Positions 9,249-20,242 of a DNA stretch of 58,648 bases are shown in pieces. The translations under genes and the position numbers were made by a program. The DNA lies in IMG/VR virus record IMGVR_UViG_3300020287_000001, positions 1-58,648 of that record; one strand, 5' to 3'. This DNA comes from a virus (lineage: Duplodnaviria > Caudoviricetes). Below the pieces are notes generated by a model, which was given only the letters and a program-made list of their open reading frames with translations, was not told the origin of the DNA and ran no database searches. Positions within the stretch are counted from its first letter, which is position 1. The number at the start of each line of letters is the position of its first letter.

Positions 9249-12202
9249 TGAACAGAGCTTTATTACAACGGCAGATGTTTGCCAATGGCGGAGCAGCTGT
9301 GCCTAATCAATTCAAGGGTTTTTCTAAACTGCCTGAAGAAGTGCAAATGAAGATGAACCCAGAATTAGCTAAAAAGTATGAAGAAGGCGGGTCTGTATAT
9401 AATGTAGATCCTTCAAGACAAGAAGCTGTTTCTGATGCTGGTGTTTACGACCCTAACAATGTTGCAAATGTCGCCCGTTTTTTAAGGGACAATCCGGGCA
9501 CGACAGTATCTGAGTATAATGGTTTTTTTGGAACAAACCTTAATCCAGAAGAGTTTGAAATATTTGAAAAGCCTAAGCCCATGCAAGAAGGCGGTGTAGC
9601 GGGTCTTATGACGCAACCAGACATGGCAGCCATGCCTATGGGATCTACACAAGAAGCTGTTGACCCAGCTGTGTTAGAGACTGCACTACAAGGGGCCTCA
9701 GAAGAGGTTGGCGATCTAGAGCAAGCTGGTGATTTTAAAAGCATGATGGATCAGTTCTCTGGTGAAAACAAATCAGAAGAAGAAAGACGAGATGATTTAG
9801 CAAGCATAGTTGGACCAGAAGACGCGGCTCAAACACCCGATAGTGTTTTGGCTCTTGTTACACCAGTTGTACAAATATCTATGTTAGATCAAGGCATCGC
9901 ACCAATGGCTCAGGAAGCGATGGACACACCGGTTGAGGGCGATATGGCTGGCGGAATAATGAGCATGACGGGGGCTGGCAACGAACCACCCGTAAATTTT
10001 AACCAAGGCGGGGAGGTCCTCCGCCGTGGAGACGAGGACCCAGTTCAGTTTTTTAATGTAGGCGGTGCAATAACACCTATGACTGATTACCAGCAGCAGG
10101 TCGGTAAAACAGCGAAAGCTTTACTACCTACCTTTCAACAGTTTATACCTACAACTGATCCTGATGTAGCTAAAAGAAGACTACAATCTGATATTTTGTT
10201 CGATATTGCAAACACGGCTTTAGCTTTTTCTGCTCCTATGGAAGGAGAAAGACCGGGTTTAAGTGCAGCTGAAAGATTAGCTTTGGCTACGCAGAAGACA
10301 CAACTGCTTCCTAAGATACAACAAAGAACAGCTAAAAGTGCCGCTGAACAAAAAGCTCAAGAGACTGCAATAAAGTCAGGTGCTTTGCAAGCTGCTCTAG
10401 GTCTAGAACAAGCTCGATTAAAACAAGTAGGTGCAGAAAGAGGGCAAGTAATTTCAGGCTCATTCACCTTAGCCGATACTGCAAAAAAATTAGCGGCAAA
10501 GAAAGAAGAAGGTGTTCTTGGTAGAGACCATGAAGTTAAAATGCAACAAAATAAGTTTGGTTTACAGGCGCAACTAGATGCTGTGAATAAAAAATTAGAT
10601 TTTGGCTATGACACAAAACTTGCTAAACAAAAAGAAGAGATAGAAGGAAATTTAAAAAAGATACAAGAAGCTATAGATTTAAATAAGATAAATGTGCAAC
10701 AAGAGGATGCATTAGAAAAAATTAACTTACAAAATGCCGGAAAAAAAGATGTTGTAAACCTAAACAACATAGCAAGTTTAGAAAGATTAAAGCTGAATAT
10801 TCAATCCAAGGAAGGGATAGCCGCTGCCAATAATCAAATGAAGAAGGTTATATCTGATGAAAAAAATAGAACTAATCTAATAATAAATAGAAATAATATA
10901 ACTCAACAAAATTTAAGATTAAGGTTTGATAAAGTAAGAGAAGCCAATCTAGTTGCTGACAGACAGGCAAAAAACAAACAAGCAATAGCTGAGTTAGATC
11001 TTAAAAAAGTAACTGAGTCTAGAAAAACACTTGAGGGCTTAAGAGACTTTGAACTTAAAAAAGCTCAAGGTGAGAGAGATGACAAAAAACTAGAGCTAAT
11101 TGAAAAAGAACTTAATGAAGTAAAAATAGCTGAAACACAAATTAAAAGATTTAGTGCTGAAAACAGAGCTGAGAACGATGCTGCCGTTTTAGCTTATAAA
11201 AAAGATGCATTAGCTAAACTTGACGCTAGCAGAACCAGAGCAAATGATCTTAAAGAAGAGTTAAATCAAATAACTAGAACTAACAATATAGTCAATCAAC
11301 AGATTAAAAAAGATGAGTTAGCCTTGAAAACACATAAGGCTCAACTTGAACTATTTGGTAGTGGAGCAACGGGCAAGACATTGAATTTATTATCCAATGC
11401 TAATCGTTATGAAGCTTATAGAGATGGTAAAACAGATAATCAGTTTGAACTAGCTATTCAAAACTATGTTGCCAAAACTACTGGTCCGGGGGGTGAGACC
11501 ATAGAAAAAGAATTACCACCTTACTTAAAAGAAGTATTAGTGGATAGACTTGAACAGGGTTTAAGAATACCTGACATACCTTTATTCAAATTAGGCTTAA
11601 GTCAAAACCAAATAGATAGGCTAAGACCTGTTAGTGATGAGGTTGGTGAAGAGGCAATAAATACTGTGATTGATGAAGGCGTAGACTTGACACAAGGAAC
11701 AGGTGTTATGTCAACTGTTAATACAGCCATGAGGTGGATTGCAGGTCAAATATCAGAATTTGGAATTGGCAAAGGTGATGTATTGACTGACACATCTTCT
11801 GCTAGAAAAATGTTAAACGCTCTTGCCAACGTAACCGAAGGCTTTTTAAGAGAAGCTGTGTCTAATGATAGATTAGATAAAGATACTATAGCAATAGTTA
11901 GAAGAGATATTTTAAGACCGACTGGAGGTATGACTGACGCTAATGCTTATGCTCAACTAAAACAAACACAACAGACTATAAAAGCTAAATTAGATGAAAA
12001 GAGAGTAATCTTAAATAATCCTAGTCAATACACCACATCACAAATAACAAAAACTAGAGAAACAGTAACCATGATGAAAAACTTAATAAACAATTATGGG
12101 ATTGCTTTGAGAAGTTATGAAAAGTTTGGAGGCTTTGGTGAAGGCGGTGGAGGATCCGAACAATTACTGCAAAATATCTTTAAAAAGAGAAAAGTTAATT
12201 AA
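9245..12202 (+). CDS. Large internal virion protein (coiled-coil, five xxGG motifs in N-terminal part)
   Basis: 985 aa ORF in ejection-protein position. Confidence 0.65.
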   Translation: MMNRALLQRQMFANGGAAVPNQFKGFSKLPEEVQMKMNPELAKKYEEGGSVYNVDPSRQEAVSDAGVYDPNNVANVARFLRDNPGTTVSEYNGFFGTNLNPEEFEIFEKPKPMQEGGVAGLMTQPDMAAMPMGSTQEAVDPAVLETALQGASEEVGDLEQAGDFKSMMDQFSGENKSEEERRDDLASIVGPEDAAQTPDSVLALVTPVVQISMLDQGIAPMAQEAMDTPVEGDMAGGIMSMTGAGNEPPVNFNQGGEVLRRGDEDPVQFFNVGGAITPMTDYQQQVGKTAKALLPTFQQFIPTTDPDVAKRRLQSDILFDIANTALAFSAPMEGERPGLSAAERLALATQKTQLLPKIQQRTAKSAAEQKAQETAIKSGALQAALGLEQARLKQVGAERGQVISGSFTLADTAKKLAAKKEEGVLGRDHEVKMQQNKFGLQAQLDAVNKKLDFGYDTKLAKQKEEIEGNLKKIQEAIDLNKINVQQEDALEKINLQNAGKKDVVNLNNIASLERLKLNIQSKEGIAAANNQMKKVISDEKNRTNLIINRNNITQQNLRLRFDKVREANLVADRQAKNKQAIAELDLKKVTESRKTLEGLRDFELKKAQGERDDKKLELIEKELNEVKIAETQIKRFSAENRAENDAAVLAYKKDALAKLDASRTRANDLKEELNQITRTNNIVNQQIKKDELALKTHKAQLELFGSGATGKTLNLLSNANRYEAYRDGKTDNQFELAIQNYVAKTTGPGGETIEKELPPYLKEVLVDRLEQGLRIPDIPLFKLGLSQNQIDRLRPVSDEVGEEAINTVIDEGVDLTQGTGVMSTVNTAMRWIAGQISEFGIGKGDVLTDTSSARKMLNALANVTEGFLREAVSNDRLDKDTIAIVRRDILRPTGGMTDANAYAQLKQTQQTIKAKLDEKRVILNNPSQYTTSQITKTRETVTMMKNLINNYGIALRSYEKFGGFGEGGGGSEQLLQNIFKKRKVN

Positions 12203-15200
12203 TGGCTAATGTAGTAGACATATTTACTCCTGATGGTGTTGTTTCAGTCCCTGAAATAGAGTTTACTTCTGACCAAGTAAGTTTTTTTACAAAAGACAAA
12301 GGGCCCGAAGGAGCTACGTCTTTTCTTGCAGAGAATACAGCCAATGAGATAAGCCAACAGTTTCCAGATCTGTTTAATTATTCATCTCTAAAGGATGGCA
12401 CGGCTAAAATCTTTGATCTTGATCCAAATCTTGCAAGCAAACCAGCTAATGAGCGTGGATTAACTGACGAGGCAATATTAAAACAATTTACAAACTTAGA
12501 AGAAGTTGGCTTTTTTTCTGGATTTGGTCGTGAACTTTTAAAATCAGGCCCAAGTGGAGCTGCTTTTTTTGCAGGAGCTAAGGCCGGTGCCGCGGTAACA
12601 TCAGGTATACCGCCCGTAAATCCACTACTAGTTGGTGTAAAATTTGGTGTGCCTGTAGTAACAGGAACTCTTGCTGCTTTCGCTGGTTATGACGCCGGAG
12701 AGGATTTATCTAACTTTGTATTTGGGGACGAAGCTACTCCAATACCAAGTCACAGAGCAGCCTTTGAGGCTGGAAGAACCACGGCTGGCGGTTTGGCGTG
12801 GTTGCCAATGCCGTTTTTAATATCAAAAAACGTAAGCTTTGGAGCTTCGACATATCTCAAAAATTTAGATGAAATAATTAAAACAGGTGCTCCGCAAACA
12901 GGATTACAGAGAAGTAAGCCACCTTTATCGACTAAGTTAATAGGTGGTGTAGAAACTTTGTTGAATAAAACAGGTCAAGAGTTTAGAGACAAACCAAAAA
13001 GAATGGGTTTTTTAGAAGGTTTAAGTTTATCTGGTGCTACAGGTGGAGCTTATCTTGCAGAAAGCATAGCACCCGAAGAGGGTGTAGTAAGAATACCTCT
13101 TGAAATTGCAGGAGGTATTGCTCCTCAGCTCGCTTTTGGTAGCGTAATCAAAAACTTTGAAACAATTAAAGATGCAATAAAAAAACCTTTTTCTGCTGAA
13201 GGTCGTAAGGAAATAATTGAAGGAGCTGGTCTTGGAACAGAAAAAAGACGATTAGAAGCTGTAAGAAGAGTAAGAGAAATATTAGATGAACAAGGAGATG
13301 ATGTTGAGGCCTTGATCTTAGCTTTGGATGACGACTCTCTTACAAAACAACTAGGAGACCTTAACCTTACAGCGGGTCAGAAAACAGGTAATCCAACTCT
13401 TATGGCTATTGAAGCAAGTTTAGCTTCTGATTCACGAGGTTTGGGCAAGACAAGAAATGAAGCACACCTTAGAGCAAACAAAGCCATAAGAAACTTAATA
13501 AATGCACTAGTGGCTACTGGTGATAAAACAGCTATTCAAGAAGCAGCTAAATTACAAAAGCTTAGGTTTGACGGGTATTTAGCAGAACAATTAGCTCTTA
13601 AATCAGATAGAGTTTTAGATGCTTTTAAAGCTGTTACCAGAGGTGGACCGATAAATAATAAGAAGTTATCTGAAAAATTATTTGAGGTAACAGGATCTGC
13701 TCTAGCAGAAGCACGAAATCAAGAGAAAAGATTATATAGAGATATTGGTAATTTAGAGATTACATCTTTTGTAAATACAGAAGGTAATCCTATCGATACA
13801 CCAAACTTCATAAGATATTTTGAAAGAAATATGCCCACAACTAATGAGGCTTACGCAGAGTTTTTAAAAGATCTAGGCCCTTTAAATAATTTTGTAGCAA
13901 GAAAAAAAATAGAACTTGGTTTGGAAGACGTAACACCCGGACAAACTGCAAATCGTTTAGCTGAGTTTGATAAAATAATTGAACAAATTAAAGCAAGAGG
14001 TGTTCTACCACGACGTAAAGATAATTTAGTGCTAAATGTAGTTGACCAAGCAAGAAAAGATTTAGACTTTGGAGAGCTCGATGAACTCGATTCTGGTCAG
14101 TTAACCACTCTGTTATCAACTATAAGAAACAATCAACCTATACAAGCTACAGATGTATTTAGAGGCGGCACAACTAGACAAGCTTCAGCTGAAAGACAAA
14201 GAGCTTTTAATCAAAGAAAAGCTAACTTTAAAGATGCTCTTGAATTAGTAAACACTCTTAGAAAAAGAAAATTAGAGGAAGCAAATATTCCTGTATCTGA
14301 AGCAACCGATGAATTAAAACCACTAACTGTGAATGAAATTAGAGATATGCGTTCATTGGCTCTTGCAAAGGGAAGAGCATTAACAGCTTCTGGAGAGGCA
14401 AATAAAGCTAGGATTGCATATGGTTTTGCTGAGGCTTTGTTAGACGATCTAAATAGTGCTCCTGAAGGTGTAAACGCAGCTTTCGATACTGCAAGAGCTT
14501 ACTCAAAATCTTTAAATGACACATATACTCGTGCTTTTGCTGGTAACATATTATCCAAAGTTAAAACCGGTGCAGAGAGAATACCACCAGAAATACTTCA
14601 TACAAAACTATTTGTAGGTGGTGCTGATCCAAGTTATTTAAGGATTACACAAATTGAAGAAATAGGTAACTTTGCTAAAAATCAGGGACTGGAAGGGGCT
14701 GATGAAACAATAGCCACGATCCACGGTACACTGGATCAACTAATTAGAAATGCTAGAGCAGAAGCTTTTGATCCTGAAACTGGAACAGTTAATGTTGCTA
14801 AACTAAAAGACTGGAATAGAAAAAATGCAGATCTTTTAGACAACTTTCCCGGTTTAAAAGCAGACTTAGAAGAAGCAGAGAAAGCAAATGTGCTATTAAA
14901 TCAATGGGTTGATAAAGACAAAAGAATACAAAAAGTAATTAACTCGCAAAAAACTTACAGAAACCTAACTGGTTATGAAAACCCTACGAAAGCAGTGGTA
15001 GAAGCTATTAATTCTAAGTTTCCGACTAAGTCTCTAACCTCTATGATAAGAGTAGCTAAAGACAATCCAGAAGCTTTAGCTGGCTTAAAAAGTTCAATGC
15101 TGGATGCAGCTCTTGTAAAAGCTGGTGGTACTAGTGAAACATTTAGTCCCAGAGCTTTGTATGAAACATTATTTTCAAAGATACCAAATGCAATAGACCG

Positions 15201-16863
15201 TAATACAACTTTGATGAATATCATGTTAAAAAATGATGTAATTAAAGAGGGTGAAGCAAATAACTTTAAAAAGTTAATAACTGAAATGGTTAAACTAGAA
15301 GCAGCTGAGAGCGCTGGTAGACTTGGAGAAGTCATAGAGGGCACAGGCGCAATCATGGACTTTTATTTAAGAATTACAGGTTCTGCCATAGGTACAAAAT
15401 TACAAGGCGCTGTTTTTGGTGGGCAAGGACCGGGAGCATTGGTAGCGGCTGGTGCTGGTTCAAAAGCACTTCGTAATTTATTCAACTCTATACCTGAAAG
15501 CATGAAGACAGATGTAATGACTGAGGTTATGGAAAACCCACAGTTATTAGCTACTTTACTTAGAAAAACAAAAGATCAGCAACAAAAACAAAACATCGCA
15601 AGTAAGTTAAAAAAGATATTAGCAAAGGCAGGTTACATCACTATAGGTAAGCCTGTAAAAGAAAGTTTTAGATCAGCTCCTTTTGCTATAAGAGAGATTG
15701 AAGAAGAAGAGATAGACATGACAGACCCAACATTTGAAGGTGTTGGTCAACAGAGTTCGGTAGATTTGCCCAGACAGGGGTTTCCCACCACCCAAAAGGC
15801 AATAGTACCAACCAGCGGAGTGAACAACCGCCTCGCGGCTAATGTGGGCACAGCCCCACAGGCCGCGCCTAACCCTAATCAAAGGCAACAGTTTGCATCT
15901 TTGTTCCCTAATGATCCAATATCTGGTTTGATAAATGCACAACAGCCTGTAAGGTTGATGGCTCAAGGTGGAGCTGCTTATGACATGGGACTAGAAACAG
16001 ATCGCGCGGCTCAAGAAACAATACAGAGTGCCTTAGAAGGTGGGTCTGATGACAATCAAACACAAACGCAGTCTTTTAATTTTCGTAACGTACCCGCTAC
16101 AATTAGCAGAGGTATAGCAAGCCTCATGGACAATATAAAGTATACTCCAGATGTAACAGGCATACAAAGTTTTGTAAGAGACACACCAGTTGGTATGACC
16201 GCACCTGTAAGTTTACAAACAAATATAGGGGGCTTTCCCGTAAGTTTTACCCCCACTTTTCAAAAAGGTGGGCTTGGGGTACTTGCTGAAACAACTTTTG
16301 AAAATGGCGGTGCAGTTGATTACAGTGATTTTGAAGATGCTTTTGGGCCGGCAAGTGAATTTGGTTCAGATATTTCAGAAGAGACAAAAGCAGAAAACAG
16401 GTACGATGATCCTGATGAATCTATAGGTGATATGTATTCTTTAAGTCCGGAACAATTTACGGCTATGAGAGGAGCTACCAGCACAAATCCTTTTCCTAAC
16501 TCTTTACCATCAAGAATAGCTAGATTTTTTGGTACAGATGTTGATTACACTCAACAATATGGTGGAGGAGATGCTGGTTTACAAAGGGTAGCTGAAATAA
16601 ATCAACTTAGACAAGCACAATCTTTATACCCAGAAGATTTTACGAGGAAGGATTTTTATGAAGGACAACCAACAATAAGAGGTCCCGCTGTTGATGTATC
16701 TAATCCAATCACTCAAGGTATTAGAATGTTAGCTCCATACGGTTCTGGTCAAATTATACCGGGTGATTTTTTACCACAAGAAATTGCAAAAGAGAGAGGT
16801 CTAACCGCTCAACAACAAAAGTTGATAGACCTTGGGATGTTTAACAGATTATTTGGAAGATGA
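12202..16863 (+). CDS. Largest internal virion / ejection protein (1553 aa)
   Basis: Size, helical composition, last gene of the ejection cluster. Confidence 0.65.
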   Translation: MANVVDIFTPDGVVSVPEIEFTSDQVSFFTKDKGPEGATSFLAENTANEISQQFPDLFNYSSLKDGTAKIFDLDPNLASKPANERGLTDEAILKQFTNLEEVGFFSGFGRELLKSGPSGAAFFAGAKAGAAVTSGIPPVNPLLVGVKFGVPVVTGTLAAFAGYDAGEDLSNFVFGDEATPIPSHRAAFEAGRTTAGGLAWLPMPFLISKNVSFGASTYLKNLDEIIKTGAPQTGLQRSKPPLSTKLIGGVETLLNKTGQEFRDKPKRMGFLEGLSLSGATGGAYLAESIAPEEGVVRIPLEIAGGIAPQLAFGSVIKNFETIKDAIKKPFSAEGRKEIIEGAGLGTEKRRLEAVRRVREILDEQGDDVEALILALDDDSLTKQLGDLNLTAGQKTGNPTLMAIEASLASDSRGLGKTRNEAHLRANKAIRNLINALVATGDKTAIQEAAKLQKLRFDGYLAEQLALKSDRVLDAFKAVTRGGPINNKKLSEKLFEVTGSALAEARNQEKRLYRDIGNLEITSFVNTEGNPIDTPNFIRYFERNMPTTNEAYAEFLKDLGPLNNFVARKKIELGLEDVTPGQTANRLAEFDKIIEQIKARGVLPRRKDNLVLNVVDQARKDLDFGELDELDSGQLTTLLSTIRNNQPIQATDVFRGGTTRQASAERQRAFNQRKANFKDALELVNTLRKRKLEEANIPVSEATDELKPLTVNEIRDMRSLALAKGRALTASGEANKARIAYGFAEALLDDLNSAPEGVNAAFDTARAYSKSLNDTYTRAFAGNILSKVKTGAERIPPEILHTKLFVGGADPSYLRITQIEEIGNFAKNQGLEGADETIATIHGTLDQLIRNARAEAFDPETGTVNVAKLKDWNRKNADLLDNFPGLKADLEEAEKANVLLNQWVDKDKRIQKVINSQKTYRNLTGYENPTKAVVEAINSKFPTKSLTSMIRVAKDNPEALAGLKSSMLDAALVKAGGTSETFSPRALYETLFSKIPNAIDRNTTLMNIMLKNDVIKEGEANNFKKLITEMVKLEAAESAGRLGEVIEGTGAIMDFYLRITGSAIGTKLQGAVFGGQGPGALVAAGAGSKALRNLFNSIPESMKTDVMTEVMENPQLLATLLRKTKDQQQKQNIASKLKKILAKAGYITIGKPVKESFRSAPFAIREIEEEEIDMTDPTFEGVGQQSSVDLPRQGFPTTQKAIVPTSGVNNRLAANVGTAPQAAPNPNQRQQFASLFPNDPISGLINAQQPVRLMAQGGAAYDMGLETDRAAQETIQSALEGGSDDNQTQTQSFNFRNVPATISRGIASLMDNIKYTPDVTGIQSFVRDTPVGMTAPVSLQTNIGGFPVSFTPTFQKGGLGVLAETTFENGGAVDYSDFEDAFGPASEFGSDISEETKAENRYDDPDESIGDMYSLSPEQFTAMRGATSTNPFPNSLPSRIARFFGTDVDYTQQYGGGDAGLQRVAEINQLRQAQSLYPEDFTRKDFYEGQPTIRGPAVDVSNPITQGIRMLAPYGSGQIIPGDFLPQEIAKERGLTAQQQKLIDLGMFNRLFGR

Positions 16864-16864
16864 T

Positions 16865-17308
16865 ATGCAGCTTAGTAAAAACTTTTCATTACTTGAACTA
16901 ACCAAAAGCCAGACAGCAGAGCGTAAAGGTATAGATAATACACCTAACGCAGATCACATATATAACCTTACTGCACTAGCTGAAAATATCTTGCAGCCAG
17001 TGCGAGATGAATGGGGCTCTTTTATCGTATCAAGCGGCTACAGGTCCATAGCACTGTGCGAAGCCATAGGATCAAAAGCATCAAGCCAACATGCAAACGG
17101 CGAAGCGGCTGACTTTGAGGTAGCTGGTGTAGACAACCACAGACTAGCCTCATGGATAGAAGCAAACCTAAACTTCGATCAGCTTATCTTAGAATGTTAT
17201 ACAGGTGGCAACACAGGCTGGATCCACTGTTCTTATGTACCTCATGGACGTAAAGAAACATTGACCTATGACAGACAAAACGGCTACAGAAAAGGTTTAT
17301 TATCTTAA
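16865..17308 (+). CDS. Endolysin, peptidase M15A family
   Basis: LSKNFSL.E...SSGYR...SQH..GEAAD...WIH.S zinc peptidase motifs; ATG 16865 preferred over the track start. Confidence 0.9.
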   Translation: MQLSKNFSLLELTKSQTAERKGIDNTPNADHIYNLTALAENILQPVRDEWGSFIVSSGYRSIALCEAIGSKASSQHANGEAADFEVAGVDNHRLASWIEANLNFDQLILECYTGGNTGWIHCSYVPHGRKETLTYDRQNGYRKGLLS

Positions 17309-18742
17309 CCAGTTCTTAGTCTCCTCGTTCAACACTTGGTCAGCTAGGTTTATCTTATTACGCAGAGCTTCTACTATCTTCTCGTCTATAGTATCTGGTG
17401 CAATCAAATCGACGTAAGTCACTGATTTCTTTTGACCTATTCTATGCGCCCTGTCTTCGGACTGTAACCGGCTCTCCAAGTCATAGCTGTTACTATAATA
17501 TATAACAGTGCTTGCCTGATTAAGTGTAATACCATAGCCACCAGTTTTTGGATGACCAACAAAAAACCGCAACGGGCTGTCTGGATCTTCAAAGCGCTTT
17601 ACAATATCTTGTCTGTCTTCTTGCTTAGTCGCACCATAATACACGGCTACCGAATCAGCACCATAAACTGCCGTAAGATTTTTTATTATCTCTTGTATGC
17701 CATACACATAGTTACACCATATGATAGCCTTGCCTGAGTTCTCTTCAACGACGTTCATCAGCTCAGTAATTCTGTTGTTATCAAGCACTTGCAGACGGCC
17801 TTCGTCGCTTTCAAGATAGCCACAACATATCTGCTGTAGGCGCATCAGTTGTGTAAGCACACTAGCTGTTGTTGCAAGCTCGCCACGCTCCAGCTGTGCT
17901 AATGCGAATCGCCGCATTTGCTCATAAATCGTAGTCTGCTCACTAGTCAAAGCGACGTTTCTTTTAACATAAATTTTATCAGGTAGATCCAGACAATCTT
18001 TCTTTAGTGTCCTAGCTGAAAACTGTGTCAATATACCGTTCAGCTCATCTAATCGTTTGTAGCCTACTATATCATTAAAGCTACGACTACCAAAGGTTTT
18101 GCGCTGTACAACTGCATATCTGTTCTGAAAAGCAAAGTAACTAGCTTGACCAAGAGCCATAGGATCTAAAAAACCGCACTGAGAAAACAAATCCATAGGC
18201 GACTTGGTTACAGGAGAACCTGTTAATATACGCTTGTATTTAGCATACTTGCTTACATCTATTATGTTCTTGGTTCTGTTAGCTTTTCTGTTCTTGATAG
18301 TCGTGCTTTCATCTATAATCATTATGTTGTCTTCATTCTTACGCAGAAAGTAGTAAGCAGCTTTCTTACCACGCTCTGAGCTAAACGCTTCAATGTTCAT
18401 AATCAGAAACTTAACACCGGCCATCATCTCGAACACAACCTTTTGCATATCGTCCTGAAACTTTTTAGCCTTGCTTGGTTGCCAACGCACCACGAACCTT
18501 TCTATCTCGTCCGGTAAGTGATTCGGTATCTCTTGTTTTACCCAGTTATCATATACACCCTTGGGTGCAATTATCAGTGCAGAATCTATTTCGCCCTCTA
18601 ATTTAAGCTTGCCAATCGTATCAATAATAACTTTTGATTTACCTAAGCCCATCTCCATAAACAAGGCGTAGTATGGTCTTTTCCAACTGTCATCAATGAT
18701 TTCTTCCTGATGCTTAAATGGTTTTGTCTTATATATATACAT
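17300..18742 (-). CDS. SNF2-family (SF2) helicase
   Basis: MGLGKS Walker A, IIDES, LTGSP, QSEDRAHRIGQ motifs. Confidence 0.93.
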   Translation of the reverse strand: MYIYKTKPFKHQEEIIDDSWKRPYYALFMEMGLGKSKVIIDTIGKLKLEGEIDSALIIAPKGVYDNWVKQEIPNHLPDEIERFVVRWQPSKAKKFQDDMQKVVFEMMAGVKFLIMNIEAFSSERGKKAAYYFLRKNEDNIMIIDESTTIKNRKANRTKNIIDVSKYAKYKRILTGSPVTKSPMDLFSQCGFLDPMALGQASYFAFQNRYAVVQRKTFGSRSFNDIVGYKRLDELNGILTQFSARTLKKDCLDLPDKIYVKRNVALTSEQTTIYEQMRRFALAQLERGELATTASVLTQLMRLQQICCGYLESDEGRLQVLDNNRITELMNVVEENSGKAIIWCNYVYGIQEIIKNLTAVYGADSVAVYYGATKQEDRQDIVKRFEDPDSPLRFFVGHPKTGGYGITLNQASTVIYYSNSYDLESRLQSEDRAHRIGQKKSVTYVDLIAPDTIDEKIVEALRNKINLADQVLNEETKNWLR

Positions 18743-18757
18743 TTTTTATCTCCGTGC

Positions 18758-18795
18758 TTGACATATAAGATAAACCTTTTATATTCTTATATCAA
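18758..18795. promoter_or_regulatory. Overlapping divergent sigma70-like promoters with operator half-sites
   Basis: + strand TTGACA(18758)-16-TATATT; - strand TTGATA(18795)-17-TATCTT; TATAAGAT half-site at 18764. Confidence 0.7.
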
Positions 18796-18840
18796 GACAA
18801 TAATAAAAGTCTTTAATCACGAAACACGGAAGGAGATGGT

Positions 18841-19410
18841 ATGAGTGATTTAATGCAACAAGTAGAAGCTGACGCTGATAGCCTCAGCAATCTAAGTGAT
18901 CTTTCTACAGATGCACTTAGTAGCGTAGCTGATCTAGCTGAAAACATTAAGCAAAAAGAAGATGAAGTATTCCAGCTTGAGGAGAAACTCAAACAGGCTA
19001 AGAAAGATCTGCTTAAAATGACAGATGAAGACTTGCCCATGATGATGGAAGAAATCAATCTTGAAAGCTTTACGTTATCAGATGGTTCAAAAATAAATAT
19101 AACCCCAACATATGGGGGAACAATCAAGGTTGACGATAGGCCGCAAGCACATCAATGGCTCAGAGATAATGGTTTTGGAGATCTTATTAAGAACTCTATA
19201 GCCGCTGAGTTTGGAATGGGCGAAGATAATTTGGCTAAAGATTTTTATGAAACAGCTTTAGCTAAAGGTTTTAATGTTAATCAAAAAGAACAGATCCACA
19301 ACATGACACTACGTTCTTGGGTAAAAGAACAGACAGAGGCGGGTAATTCTATCCCGGCTGTGTTTGGTGCATGGACAGGTCGAAGAGCTAAAATCACGAG
19401 GAGTAAATAA
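18841..19410 (+). CDS. Conserved phage replication-module protein (hypothetical)
   Basis: RBS GAAGGAG; WLRDNG.GDLIKN...H..TL..WVKE motif. Confidence 0.75.
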   Translation: MSDLMQQVEADADSLSNLSDLSTDALSSVADLAENIKQKEDEVFQLEEKLKQAKKDLLKMTDEDLPMMMEEINLESFTLSDGSKINITPTYGGTIKVDDRPQAHQWLRDNGFGDLIKNSIAAEFGMGEDNLAKDFYETALAKGFNVNQKEQIHNMTLRSWVKEQTEAGNSIPAVFGAWTGRRAKITRSK

Positions 19411-20240
19411 TGTCGAATGTAGCTAAAAAGAAACCGGCAGAGATTGTTGGTATAGATCACTCAATGCTTGAGTTAGACTCAGGTCTTGGAAATGAAGAAA
19501 TAAATCAGGACGTACTTGGTATTCCTTTTTTAAAAACAAACCTAACGCCTGCTGTGTTAGATGCAAACAGAGGTGCATTAAAAGGCGATATGTTAAACAC
19601 TGTAACTGGTGAAATATATAACGGAACAGAGGGTGTATTGGTAATACCTTGTCACTTTCAAAGACGTTTTATTCACTGGTCAGCTTTAGGTGACGATCAA
19701 AAAGCACCGATTGCTATATATGAAAAAGCCTCTGATTGTCCAAAAACAGATAGAATAAAGAAAGATCAAGGCGATAATAAAGATTATCTACTTGATGGTT
19801 CTGGTCACTATATTGAAGAGACCCACCAACATTATGTGCTTGTTTGCAAGGAAGATGGTTCTACAGATGCTGTCATGATTGCAATGAAAAGCACTTCTTT
19901 AAAAGCTAGTCGTAAATGGAATATGCTAATACAAAGCAGAACAAAGCAAAAAGCTGATGGCACTCCGTTTACGCCGCCAAGGTTTTTGTATCTTTATAAA
20001 CTGACTACAGTTATGGAAAGCAATGCTAAGGCAAGCTATGCTGTATGGGAGGCCAAGTTAGAAAAAGAATTATCTAACATAAATGTTTACAATCAAGCAA
20101 AAGCTTTTCAACATTCCATAAAAAAAGGTGCTGTTGAAGTTAAGCATGAGCAAGAGAAAGAAGATGCTCCCGTAACTACACCGCAAGCTCAAACTAAGCC
20201 ACCGGCTGATGAGCCCTTGCAGAAAGACATACCGTTCTAG
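19410..20240 (+). CDS. Putative single-stranded DNA-binding protein
   Basis: Position before primase; acidic/Pro tail ending DIPF typical of SSBs. Confidence 0.55.
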   Translation: MSNVAKKKPAEIVGIDHSMLELDSGLGNEEINQDVLGIPFLKTNLTPAVLDANRGALKGDMLNTVTGEIYNGTEGVLVIPCHFQRRFIHWSALGDDQKAPIAIYEKASDCPKTDRIKKDQGDNKDYLLDGSGHYIEETHQHYVLVCKEDGSTDAVMIAMKSTSLKASRKWNMLIQSRTKQKADGTPFTPPRFLYLYKLTTVMESNAKASYAVWEAKLEKELSNINVYNQAKAFQHSIKKGAVEVKHEQEKEDAPVTTPQAQTKPPADEPLQKDIPF

Positions 20241-20242
20241 TC

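Noticed and set aside
563-16256. Numerous minus-strand and nested ORFs in the ORF track
   Set aside because: Antisense shadows of long + strand structural genes, without RBS or recognisable motifs
12202-16863. Virion RNA polymerase (N4-like) to explain hairpin promoters
   Set aside because: No recognisable RNAP catalytic motifs; the hairpins contain sigma70-type -35 boxes instead
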